From positions 1,170,001 to 1,202,000 of the forward strand of contig NC_022359.1 of the NCBI RefSeq assembly GCF_000354175.2: a stretch of DNA of 32,000 nucleotides, given 5' to 3'. Shown here one piece after another: positions 9,371 through 17,653 of the stretch. The stretch's first letter is position 1, and each line of letters starts with the position of its first letter. Source of the stretch: Vibrio alginolyticus NBRC 15630 = ATCC 17749 (GTDB taxonomy: Bacteria > Pseudomonadota > Gammaproteobacteria > Enterobacterales > Vibrionaceae). The position numbers and the translations under genes were made by a program. The notes under the pieces were generated by a model that was given only the letters and a program-made list of their open reading frames with translations, searched no databases and was not told the origin of the DNA.

Positions 9371-10520
9371 TGTGATGGTGATTGATGACCATCCGCTACA
9401 AACCACAATACTTACGCAAATATTGGATCGCTATTGCGCGCAAGTCATCCCTTTTAACTGTGTGGATGCCGCTATTCAGAGTGTGCAGGAACAACATTTT
9501 GACGTAATTTTTTGTGATATCCAAATGCCCGGAAAAGACGGCATCGATATGATGGAAATGCTCGATAAAGTCCAGTACCAGGGGCAAGTTGTACTGGTCA
9601 GTGCAATGGAATTGACCATTATTTCTGCGGTAAGAGCCATGTGCGAGGGATTTAGCTTTGAAGTATTAGGGAAGCTGCCTAAGCCATACGATGAAAATGA
9701 AGTCGTTGATTTGTTGGGTAAAATAAAAGATGAAAAAGCGAAACAAGTCAGCTTTGCTCAACCTATTGAAGTGGAAGATCAAGAATTCCTGTTTGCTCTG
9801 GCTGAAGGGCGAGTGAAAAATTATTACCAGCCTTTAGTCGATGTGCAAAGTGGGGAAGTGCTTGGGTATGAAGCGCTCGCGCGTTGGAATCATCCTATTT
9901 ATGGTGTGTTACCCCCTCATTATTTTTTGCCAATTGTAGAGCGTTGCCGCCTTTCTGGAGAGTTGTTTCAAGCTGTATTGAGTAATGTTATCTATGACAT
10001 GAAACACCGCGGATTGACGCAAAACGTATCCATCAATGTAGACCATGAAAATTTAGAAGATACGGCGTTCTCTCATTACTTTTTACAGCAATGTTTAGAG
10101 AGCGAGATTGACCCATCACAAATCACCATTGAAATTACAGAGCGAGATACATTTCAGACTAGCGCGTCCCTGTACAAGAATTTACTCAAGTTGAGGATGA
10201 ACGGTGTCACTGTCTCAATAGATGATTTTGGCACGGGTTCATCAACGTTTGAAAAACTGGCTCAACTGCCATTCAACGAGTTAAAAATCGATCGTTCGTT
10301 TGTACAAGGTGTCGAATGCGACATCAAAAAACGCAACATCGTTGTTGCTATTTGCGCGTTAGCGAAAAGTTTGAATATACGACTGGTCGCGGAAGGTATT
10401 GAAGACGAAGTCACACTGCAAGCGATACGTGAGTATGGGATTGATCTTTGCCAAGGCTTCTACATTGATAAACCCATGCCACTAGAAGCCATAACCATAC
10501 TAAATGAAAGATATGAATAA
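9354..10520 (+). CDS. Response regulator with EAL c-di-GMP phosphodiesterase output (RocR/VieA-like REC-EAL)
   Basis: 388 aa. Receiver VMVIDDHP...VIFCDIQMPGKDG...VSAM...KLPKP. EAL-domain signatures YEALARW, EITE, DDFGTG, KIDRSF, EGIE and QG are all present. The start overlaps the kinase stop by 17 nt. Confidence 0.87.
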   Translation: MNTQFNVMVIDDHPLQTTILTQILDRYCAQVIPFNCVDAAIQSVQEQHFDVIFCDIQMPGKDGIDMMEMLDKVQYQGQVVLVSAMELTIISAVRAMCEGFSFEVLGKLPKPYDENEVVDLLGKIKDEKAKQVSFAQPIEVEDQEFLFALAEGRVKNYYQPLVDVQSGEVLGYEALARWNHPIYGVLPPHYFLPIVERCRLSGELFQAVLSNVIYDMKHRGLTQNVSINVDHENLEDTAFSHYFLQQCLESEIDPSQITIEITERDTFQTSASLYKNLLKLRMNGVTVSIDDFGTGSSTFEKLAQLPFNELKIDRSFVQGVECDIKKRNIVVAICALAKSLNIRLVAEGIEDEVTLQAIREYGIDLCQGFYIDKPMPLEAITILNERYE

Positions 10521-11109
10521 ATTGAATTACTTGATCTTTGACGATCATCCTCTCGTTTGTGTTGCAATCAAATCGTTGTTGGAAGAGTTAGGGAAAACAA
10601 ATGGGGTATTTACTGCAACATCAGCGAAGATGGCATTACAAATATTGAAAAAGGAAGAAATTCAACTGTTGATCTTAGATGTGAACTTGGCAGATTGCGA
10701 TGGGTTTGATTTCTACAAACGTATCAAATCCCATGGTTATGAAGGCAAAGTCATTTTCTTCTCCGCTGAAACTAGCCAAATGTACAGCCAAATGGCTTTT
10801 CGTTCTGGCGCTGATGGCTATGTGTGTAAATCGGAAAATCACGACATTCTTAAAGACGCGATAGAAGCGGTAGAGAAGGGGTATACCTTCTTCAAATTTA
10901 AGCAAGTTGTTAACAGCGTTCGAGAAATGCCACAACTTTCAAGCAGAGAAAGTGCAGTAATGAAGTATTTACTACAAGGAAAGTCCAATAGAGAAATCGC
11001 TTCAGTGCTATCAATAAGTGACAAAACAGTCAGCACATACAAACGCCGTCTATTGGATAAATTTAACGTAAAGAACATTGTTGAGCTAACAAGAGTGGCG
11101 GGGGCGTAA
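10504..11109 (+). CDS. NarL/FixJ-class response regulator of the BvgA/EvgA/RocA1 branch (REC + GerE/LuxR HTH)
   Basis: 201 aa. Receiver LIFDDHP...LLILDVNLADCDG...FFSAE...YVCKSE. HTH LSSRESAVMKYLLQGKSNREIASVLSISDKTVSTYKRRLLDKFNV closely parallels remembered BvgA (LSNKTVSTYKTRLLQKL). It overlaps the upstream stop by 17 nt. ATG 10513 is an alternative start. Confidence 0.86.
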   Translation: MKDMNKLNYLIFDDHPLVCVAIKSLLEELGKTNGVFTATSAKMALQILKKEEIQLLILDVNLADCDGFDFYKRIKSHGYEGKVIFFSAETSQMYSQMAFRSGADGYVCKSENHDILKDAIEAVEKGYTFFKFKQVVNSVREMPQLSSRESAVMKYLLQGKSNREIASVLSISDKTVSTYKRRLLDKFNVKNIVELTRVAGA

Positions 11110-11118
11110 GACCGCATC

Positions 11119-12489
11119 ATGACACTTAAAAGTATCGCGTTGTCTCTTTTCATCGCAACATTACTATTCGTCACTTCTGTCACAATGATTGGTGCGGTGT
11201 TAATTTCTTATGAAGTAAAGCAGTTCAACACTTACGCGAATAATTTAGCCAAAATAAAACAAAAAGTAATTCTCATGGGGCTATTGACGGAAGCGCAGCT
11301 CGAGCAATACAAAGGCATGAGCGTGAGTGAAGTAGAAGCGCAAACAGAGCTGAGCTTTCAAGATGCGATTTACTCCCTGTCACCTTATGAAAAACTCAAT
11401 TACGTTGAAGCTGTTGCACGGAAATCGCTTCATCAGGCTGAAGCGTATTTATCAAATGCGTTCAATCGACAAAATGCCGTTATGTATTTTCGTTCTTATA
11501 CTGGAAACAAACTCATCTTAGAGAGACCGATTGAAGCGCTAGAGGGAGTGAAAGCCACATTTGATGTTGATTGGTGTAAAAGTAACTATTCTTGTGTGTT
11601 AGCCGCGTGGAAAGAGCAACTAACGGACCGGGTATTGTTTTCCCTACCATTTAAAACGACATACTCCGATGACATGGCGATAAGCATCATGAGTCCGGTT
11701 TACTTTCAAGGTGAGTTAGTGGGAGAGTTCTCGGAACAATTATACCTCTCGCCGCTTTATAATGATGGGAAAGCGGTGGATGTTCAAATAGCGAATGGGA
11801 ACAAACAAATGGTGATTTATTTCGCTGGCTACCCCTTTCCATCATTCGCGTACACCCAATCATATGTCGCAGACAACAACAATCTTATCGTTTACATGTA
11901 CCCATTCAGTAAAATTGTATTGGATTACGTGTTCTTGTTTATCATCTTCTTTTTCGTAACCTTAGCGTATTACAACAAAGCTTATGAATCTAAAGAGAGC
12001 AAACTTCGCCTCGCGAAAGCACTGACGAACGTGACGAAAGATGATTTAACGGGATTGTTTAACCGCAGAGTTTTTCAAGATAGCGAGTTCAAACGTCGTT
12101 TGGAAACCGCGCCATATTCCGTCATTGCAATAGATGGCGATAGGATCAAGCGAATCAATGACCATTACGGTCACCATGTAGGGGACGAAGTTATTGGAAT
12201 TATTGCTGATGCTATGTCTAAAGTGTTTCGAAATAGTGATTATCTAGTTCGAACTGGTGGTGATGAGTTTGTTGCGATTCTGCCGGGTTGCAGTATCAGT
12301 CAATCTTCAATATTGGCGAAGAAGCTTCGTAGTGTCGTTAAAGATAACCGACTAAAGACCTTGGATATCGAAGTTAGTGTGAGTACTGGTATCGCGGCGA
12401 ATGAATTACACGAAACGCTTCAGGACGTTATTGTACGTGCAGATGAAGATCTCTATGAGATGAAAAAACACAGACAAAAGTCCCATTAA
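11119..12489 (+). CDS. Membrane sensor diguanylate cyclase (TM, periplasmic domain, TM, GGDEF)
   Basis: 456 aa. TM1 IALSLFIATLLFVTSVTMIGAVLI, a ~230-aa extracytoplasmic segment, TM2 VLDYVFLFIIFFFVTLAYY, then DDLTGLFNRR...DHYGHHVGDEV...RTGGDEFVAIL with an RNSD I-site 5 residues before GGDEF. There is a 9-nt gap after the upstream gene. Confidence 0.87.
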   Translation: MTLKSIALSLFIATLLFVTSVTMIGAVLISYEVKQFNTYANNLAKIKQKVILMGLLTEAQLEQYKGMSVSEVEAQTELSFQDAIYSLSPYEKLNYVEAVARKSLHQAEAYLSNAFNRQNAVMYFRSYTGNKLILERPIEALEGVKATFDVDWCKSNYSCVLAAWKEQLTDRVLFSLPFKTTYSDDMAISIMSPVYFQGELVGEFSEQLYLSPLYNDGKAVDVQIANGNKQMVIYFAGYPFPSFAYTQSYVADNNNLIVYMYPFSKIVLDYVFLFIIFFFVTLAYYNKAYESKESKLRLAKALTNVTKDDLTGLFNRRVFQDSEFKRRLETAPYSVIAIDGDRIKRINDHYGHHVGDEVIGIIADAMSKVFRNSDYLVRTGGDEFVAILPGCSISQSSILAKKLRSVVKDNRLKTLDIEVSVSTGIAANELHETLQDVIVRADEDLYEMKKHRQKSH

Positions 12490-12646
12490 GCAGCGCTAGT
12501 ATTGACTCAATGTTAAGTTACGGAACATAACCATGACATAACTGTTTGATTAATTTGACCAAACAGAATGACTGGTCTTTTATATTAGAGCAGTCAACAA
12601 ATAGTGATTGCTCTATTTATTCTCGACCTTACATCTGGTGTCGCAC

Positions 12647-13534
12647 GTGAACAAAGATCTCGACTTAAACTTACTTAAAATACTTGTCTTACTGGATAAG
12701 CACCGTCAGCTCAAACCCGTTGCTAAAGCGATGGGGAAGAGTGAAGCGTCAATTAGCAAATACCTTGCCCGATTGCGACTCCAGCTAAACGATGAATTGT
12801 TTATTCGGCATCCTCATCACATGGAACCAACGGACTATTTAAAACGTCAATTACCTAAAATTTCCGATGCACTCGAGAAGCTTGAAACTTGTCTAATTAG
12901 AGATGAGTTTGAACCGGAAAATTACGAAAAAGACATCACCATTTGTTTACCGCAAACCGCTCAATACTCATTTGGGCATTTACTTGCAATGGATTTAATG
13001 GCGCTGTTTCCCAAGGCGCACATTTCGATAGCAACGATTACAGAGTATACGATAGAAGAGATAATCCTAGGCAAAGTGGATGCGCAGTTACATTACTTCA
13101 ACGAGGATGTTCCGAAATCTGTTTATCAGAAGTTCATCGGCTATGCGCCTGCTGTGGTAGTTGTCCCTGAAGAGCTGGGAATTACCACCCTAGAAGAAGC
13201 AGCCAAACTTCCCTTTATCATGTTAGAGATTATCGGTTGGAAAGAGAAAGAGCAGCTCGTTAAGCGTGCAATGGAAAGCCACGGTATGGTCATCAACCGT
13301 ATTGCGGCTCTAGACAACGTAAGCAGCGTATTGAAGCTAATTAAACAAAAAAGCGCCGCAACCGTATTACTTGAATATCAGGCGCCAATTGATGGATATA
13401 AATTTATAAGAGTGCCAGAGCATTTTTACCCAGATGGCTGGCCAAAAGTGGTTGTACAGGTGAAGCAAAGCTTAAGACATGATGCAATGCACCAGTTGTT
13501 AATCGGTGCTATTGCAAAATACATGAGCGCTTAG
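12647..13534 (+). CDS. LysR-family transcriptional regulator
   Basis: N-terminal winged HTH DLDLNLLKILVLLDKHRQLKPVAKAMGKSEASISKYLARLR followed by a ~200-aa co-inducer-binding fold. The start is uncertain. I prefer GTG 12647, which gives a typical LysR N-terminus length. The track uses TTG 12608. Confidence 0.72.
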   Translation: MNKDLDLNLLKILVLLDKHRQLKPVAKAMGKSEASISKYLARLRLQLNDELFIRHPHHMEPTDYLKRQLPKISDALEKLETCLIRDEFEPENYEKDITICLPQTAQYSFGHLLAMDLMALFPKAHISIATITEYTIEEIILGKVDAQLHYFNEDVPKSVYQKFIGYAPAVVVVPEELGITTLEEAAKLPFIMLEIIGWKEKEQLVKRAMESHGMVINRIAALDNVSSVLKLIKQKSAATVLLEYQAPIDGYKFIRVPEHFYPDGWPKVVVQVKQSLRHDAMHQLLIGAIAKYMSA

Positions 13535-14151
13535 CGGCAAAACTCAATGTTTTCTGACTGAGGAATAGTATGCAGAAGTTCAATCAACGTGTCCGCATGG
13601 TACTTTTTCAGAATACGCGTTTTGTAGGTGCTGATTGTTTTAGCGCTGAGTGAAAGTTGTTCAGAAATCTTCTTATTTGAGTAGCCTTGTACAAGATAAT
13701 GGAACACCATGGCTTCGCGATTTGAAAGTGTTACGTTACCCGACGATGGTGTGTGAGTCGACTTAAACATTGAGTAACCGCGTGAAACACTCACAATTGC
13801 GTCGATAATGGTCTCTCTTGTTTCATGCTTGCTTAAGAAGCCGTTTGCGCCCATTTCGTACGCTGCTTTAGAAAGACTCGAGTAGTCGCGTGAAGAAACA
13901 AATAACAGTCGGCCACGATATCCCGTCGCTAAAATGTTTTTGGCTAAACGCATACCATCGCGGTCGCCAAGCACTACGTCTAGAATAATCAAATCAATCT
14001 TTTGGCCTCGGACAAGATCCATCACTTCCGCACTGTCAGTGGTTTGAATCACTTCAGCTGCGTTGATTACAGATTCAACTAGAGAAGCAAGTGCTTCGCT
14101 ATACAATGGTTGAGCGTCGATAATAAGAACATTATTCAAAGTTAACCTCAC
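13531..14151 (-). CDS. Orphan BvgA/RocA1-like response regulator (REC + GerE/LuxR HTH), paralogue of 10504..11109
   Basis: 206 aa. LIILDVVLGDRDG (phospho-Asp), FVSSRD, FLSKHE. HTH LSNREAMVFHYLVQGYSNKKISEQLSLSAKTISTYKTRILKKY. It is collinear with the regulator at 10504..11109. The track start is GTG 14151. In-frame TTG 14139 is preceded by GGTGAGG at 6-nt spacing and is an equally good start. Confidence 0.82.
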   Translation of the reverse strand: MRLTLNNVLIIDAQPLYSEALASLVESVINAAEVIQTTDSAEVMDLVRGQKIDLIILDVVLGDRDGMRLAKNILATGYRGRLLFVSSRDYSSLSKAAYEMGANGFLSKHETRETIIDAIVSVSRGYSMFKSTHTPSSGNVTLSNREAMVFHYLVQGYSNKKISEQLSLSAKTISTYKTRILKKYHADTLIELLHTIPQSENIEFCR

Positions 14152-14568
14152 CTAATACATCAACTAGTGTGCTGTCAGGCGACAGCGCAATTGGATGAAT
14201 AGGATTGTAGGAAAAACCTTGCTAAGAGGAAGGAAAATGACTCTTTCCAAAAGTGAAAATCAGTGTCTTGATTATGGGAATAGCGATGTCAGGTATTGAA
14301 ATACCTAGTGATAGGATAATTGCTTAAAACTTACGCTGACAAAAAATTAACAAACTGAAAGTGCTCTTTCAGTGTTCTACGCCTTCAGATTTTCTTGTGA
14401 TGTTTCTAGCGCTTCGATTTAAACCCGTGTGTTAGCAAGCGCAGTTTTATACCAAGCCACTTGAAGAGAGCGTGTTCTACACCAGGCATGAGCACGGTAG
14501 CCAACTTTGTAATGATATCTGTTAGATAGGTTTGGCTATTGACGCTGAACATTACTTCAAATTATTTC

Positions 14569-14595
14569 TAAACTTTTCATTGACTCTGCCGCTAA
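14569..14595 (+). promoter_or_regulatory. Candidate sigma-28 (FliA) promoter upstream of cheV
   Basis: TAAACTTT-N11-GCCGCTAA compared with the flagellar sigma-28 consensus TAAAGTTT-N11-GCCGATAA gives 14/16 matches at correct spacing. It points toward cheV but would leave a ~220-nt leader. Confidence 0.45.
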
Positions 14596-14823
14596 AAGTG
14601 GAGGTGTTAATTCGCACTTTGGCCACTCATAATGTCGTGTTCAAAAATGAGACAATTTTACATGGTTTGGTATGGAAATGTGCGTTAGCCGTCCTTTTGA
14701 TGGTTTACAAATTTTGTTGTAACGACTAAAAAGGACTTTTGGATTTTTAGCCAGAGAATGGCTTCTCATGGCGTTTGCATCAAACTTTTTCTGATGCGTA
14801 TTTTTGGTTGGATAATTGGCTTT

Positions 14824-15804
14824 ATGAGTAACGTAACCAGCACCATTTTGACAGAAAGTGGTACCAATGAGCTTGAAATCATCGAGTTTCATTTAGAAAA
14901 AACATTGCCAGATGGCAGCACAAAAACTTGTTATTACGGCATTAACGTTGCGAAAGTACGAGAAGTGATTCGCGTGCCAGAAACAACCGATTATCCAAAC
15001 GCACAACCTCATATGATTGGTGTGTTCTCATCCAGAGATGTACTGACGCCTTTAGTGGATTTAGCTGGTTGGTTAGGTGTGCCAACACGACAAGATCTGG
15101 AGCGCAAGTTTGTAATCGTTACGGATTTCAACAAAATGACCAATGGCTTCTTAATTGACAGCATTTCGCGTATTCATCGTATCTCTTGGAATGATGTGGA
15201 ATCACCAAGTCAGTTTTTGGAAGCGGGCGAACAAGATTGTGTAGTAGCCGTTGTCCGTAAAGAAGGCAACCTGATCATGATTCTCGATTTTGAAAAAATC
15301 ATCGCAGACATCAACCCAGAATTGAGTATGGAAAAATACGATGTGAAAGGGGACAAGTCGGTGGATCTCAACCAGAGAATGGTCGGTAAGCGTAATGCTA
15401 AAACGATCATGGTGGTGGATGACTCAGCATTTATTCGCTCTTTGATCCAAGAGACATTAGCTTCTTCAGGTTACAATGTGATCACATGTAAAGACGGTGG
15501 TGAGGCGCATGAGAAGTTGATGAGCTTGATCGAGGTCGCGAAAGAAGAAAACTTGCCAGTTAAAGAGCTATTAGATGCGGTGGTTACAGACGTAGAAATG
15601 CCTCGAATGGACGGTATGCACTTAGTGAAGAGACTACGCGATACCGAAGCGTTTCATGAAATGCCGATCATTATGTTCTCGTCATTGATGAGTGAGGATA
15701 ACCGAGCGAAAGCACTATCTCTTGGCGCAAATGATACGATTACCAAGCCAGAGATTGGCCGCATGGTGAATATGATGGATAAATACGTGTTTAACTTTGC
15801 GTAA
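14824..15804 (+). CDS. cheV: Chemotaxis coupling protein CheV (CheW-like domain + receiver)
   Basis: ESGTNELEIIEFHL...YGINVAKVREVI is a CheW-like N-domain. The C-terminal receiver is MVVDDSAFIR...VVTDVEMPRMDG...FSSL...ITKP. I start at ATG 14824 (MSNVTSTILTESG...). The 22-codon extension in the track (14758) is hydrophobic junk. Confidence 0.86.
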   Translation: MSNVTSTILTESGTNELEIIEFHLEKTLPDGSTKTCYYGINVAKVREVIRVPETTDYPNAQPHMIGVFSSRDVLTPLVDLAGWLGVPTRQDLERKFVIVTDFNKMTNGFLIDSISRIHRISWNDVESPSQFLEAGEQDCVVAVVRKEGNLIMILDFEKIIADINPELSMEKYDVKGDKSVDLNQRMVGKRNAKTIMVVDDSAFIRSLIQETLASSGYNVITCKDGGEAHEKLMSLIEVAKEENLPVKELLDAVVTDVEMPRMDGMHLVKRLRDTEAFHEMPIIMFSSLMSEDNRAKALSLGANDTITKPEIGRMVNMMDKYVFNFA

Positions 15805-15824
15805 AAAACCGATCAGATGAAACA

Positions 15825-15856
15825 AATAAGGCTGCCGATTGGCAGCCTTATTTTTA
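15825..15856. terminator. Bidirectional terminator between cheV and the convergent pilin gene
   Basis: AATAAGGCTGCC-GATT-GGCAGCCTTATT is a perfect 12-bp stem (15825-15852). A T-run follows on the + strand and TTTGTTT follows on the - strand. Confidence 0.75.
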
Positions 15857-16384
15857 TTGAGGGCAGGGAAGAATATCTAAGGTGTAACTCTCGTTTGGAG
15901 TCTGCGGTGGCCCATATAAAATTCCGCATTGTGTAAGGCTAGCTCTTTTTTCGTCGGCTGCAGCAATGACCATTTCGCGAGTTGTTGAACCAGCCGGGTG
16001 ATGAAATGTTTTCCAATCCGAGTCTTCTTCGTTCAGTCCTTGCACGAGTAACTTCATCGATTCGCTATCAGAATCAGGATATCCATATAAAAAAACACAG
16101 CGCTTTGAACCACCAATATTACAGCCGTCAAATGGTAAATCTGCCATTAAAGCACTGTCTACGAAGTTTGAAACGTAAGGCTTGCTTTCCAATCCCGCAA
16201 TCGCCATTTTCCCATAACCCACGCCTAATGCTGACGCAATAGCGCCTTTCATTCCTTCCAAACGTGCTTCACGTGCATCGCTTTGAAGGTTTAAAAAGCG
16301 TGGCGCGGCAGTGACAGCAAGAATACCGAGCACGACAATAACTACGACTAACTCTATTAGAGTAAATCCCGTTTGTTTTTTCAT
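15854..16384 (-). CDS. MSHA-like type IVa pilin (prepilin N-terminal cleavage/methylation domain), orphan
   Basis: The N-terminus [34 protein letters not shown] has Gly-1, Phe+1 and Glu+5 and is nearly identical to the remembered MshA N-terminus. C-terminal Cys pairs are present ([11 protein letters not shown]; C...CPQ). No pilus assembly genes lie nearby. Confidence 0.82.
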   Translation of the reverse strand: MKKQTGFTLIELVVVIVVLGILAVTAAPRFLNLQSDAREARLEGMKGAIASALGVGYGKMAIAGLESKPYVSNFVDSALMADLPFDGCNIGGSKRCVFLYGYPDSDSESMKLLVQGLNEEDSDWKTFHHPAGSTTREMVIAAADEKRASLTQCGILYGPPQTPNESYTLDILPCPQ

Positions 16385-16828
16385 ATTATTTTCACAGCAA
16401 GTTAAAGGTAGAAAAACACTGACCGTACACTTGTTTATTGTGTAAATAAGTACGGTAATGATAAATCGATCAGTAGTATAAAGAGGTGAGTTGTAAAGTG
16501 CTATACCGACGCCGTACTAATTGACTGAATCCATTAAATGCAATGGAGAATTCACGGGTCTAATTCTGCTAGATTTTAAGAGGTCATTAATTCCGCTGAA
16601 GAAATGCTGCGTGAACAGGCGAGCATGAATCCTCTTCGATGTAAGCAAACATGTACATCAGCGGAATGAAATACAAAATGCAAATGAGGGCGAACCGCAC
16701 AAATGGATTGTCTTTTTATTCACTTTGATGAATGCTACGCGGAATTCATATCGCAGTGTGCCTGAGGTATTCGTCATGCGAATGTGCTTTGGTTTTGTGT
16801 TTATTTTTCAAATATAAGAATAATCTAA

Positions 16829-17551
16829 ATGGAATTCGATTCGATAAACTTCCTTGCAATAGGTTTGATATTTCTTGGCTCTTATGTCCAGACCGCAATC
16901 GGTTTTGGCTTGGCTATTGTTGCCGCACCTTTACTGATTCTTTGGGCGCCAGAATATGTTCCTGCGCCAATCTGTTTAGTCGCGTTATTTATTTCGTTGA
17001 TGAATGCGATGAAGCACCGCAGTAGTGTTGAAATCGGCGGCTTAAAGATGGCGTTGATTGGGCGAGTGCCGGGATCAATTGCTGGTGGCTTGCTACTCTT
17101 TTTTGTATCTACACAAACTCTCACGCTTTGGATTGGTTTGTTGGTGCTGTTTGCAGTCTTGGTGAGTGTTTTACCGTTTCGGGTTGAGCCTACGCCTTCG
17201 CGTATGACATGTGCTGGCTTCTTTTCTGGGTTGTTTGGTACCAGTTCTGCGATTGGAGGCCCTCCGATGGCGTTATTGTTGCAGCATCAAGAAGCAAATC
17301 AGTTACGCGGCAACTTATCGGCTTTTTTTGTTTTCAGTTCGATTATTTCACTAATAGTACAAATCCCAGTGGGCTTCTTCACATTGCATCATTTGGTCAT
17401 TACTATTCCTCTATTACCTGCTGCGGCGCTTGGTTACTGGCTAGCAATGAAAACTACCCAGTCGTTACCAAAAGAAAAGATTCGGTTTGGGGCACTTATG
17501 TTGTGTTTTGTGAGTGGCTTTACCGCCGTCGTACAAGCGTTGAGCCAATAA
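16829..17551 (+). CDS. TSUP (TauE/SafE, DUF81) family anion exporter
   Basis: 240 aa, ~7-8 TM helices, Gly-rich repeats GFGLAIVAAPLL and SSAIGGPPMALLL typical of the family. No clear SD. Confidence 0.7.
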   Translation: MEFDSINFLAIGLIFLGSYVQTAIGFGLAIVAAPLLILWAPEYVPAPICLVALFISLMNAMKHRSSVEIGGLKMALIGRVPGSIAGGLLLFFVSTQTLTLWIGLLVLFAVLVSVLPFRVEPTPSRMTCAGFFSGLFGTSSAIGGPPMALLLQHQEANQLRGNLSAFFVFSSIISLIVQIPVGFFTLHHLVITIPLLPAAALGYWLAMKTTQSLPKEKIRFGALMLCFVSGFTAVVQALSQ

Positions 17552-17653
17552 TGCCATCTGCATCATAAAGTCACTGCGGGATTGCATTCCTTTTTATGTA
17601 TGGCGGACTTGTTTACTTACGCCAAATTGGTCGTTTAGATGGGCGATAGTTTT

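Noticed and set aside
14498-14538. TAGCCAACT 9-mer identical to part of the Qrr core. It forms a TAGCCAA...TTGGCTA inverted repeat and raised the possibility of a degenerate qrr copy or a Qrr target site.
   Set aside because: Identity stops after 9 nt, and a match of that length is plausible by chance in a window this size. There is no sigma-54 promoter, no 5' stem-loop and no terminator. It is the same sense as Qrr and lies ~350 nt from the nearest start codon.
14532-14729. 65-aa plus-strand ORF in the regulator-cheV spacer.
   Set aside because: It uses a TTG start without an SD, and its composition is hydrophobic and low-information. The sigma-28-like promoter lies inside it, so it is more likely leader DNA.
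16732-17025. 97-aa ORF overlapping the TSUP gene start, and the 119-aa ORF at 17209..17568 in an alternative frame.
   Set aside because: Both are out of frame with a well-supported multi-TM gene, and both are Cys/Arg-rich translations typical of an off-frame reading of membrane-protein DNA.
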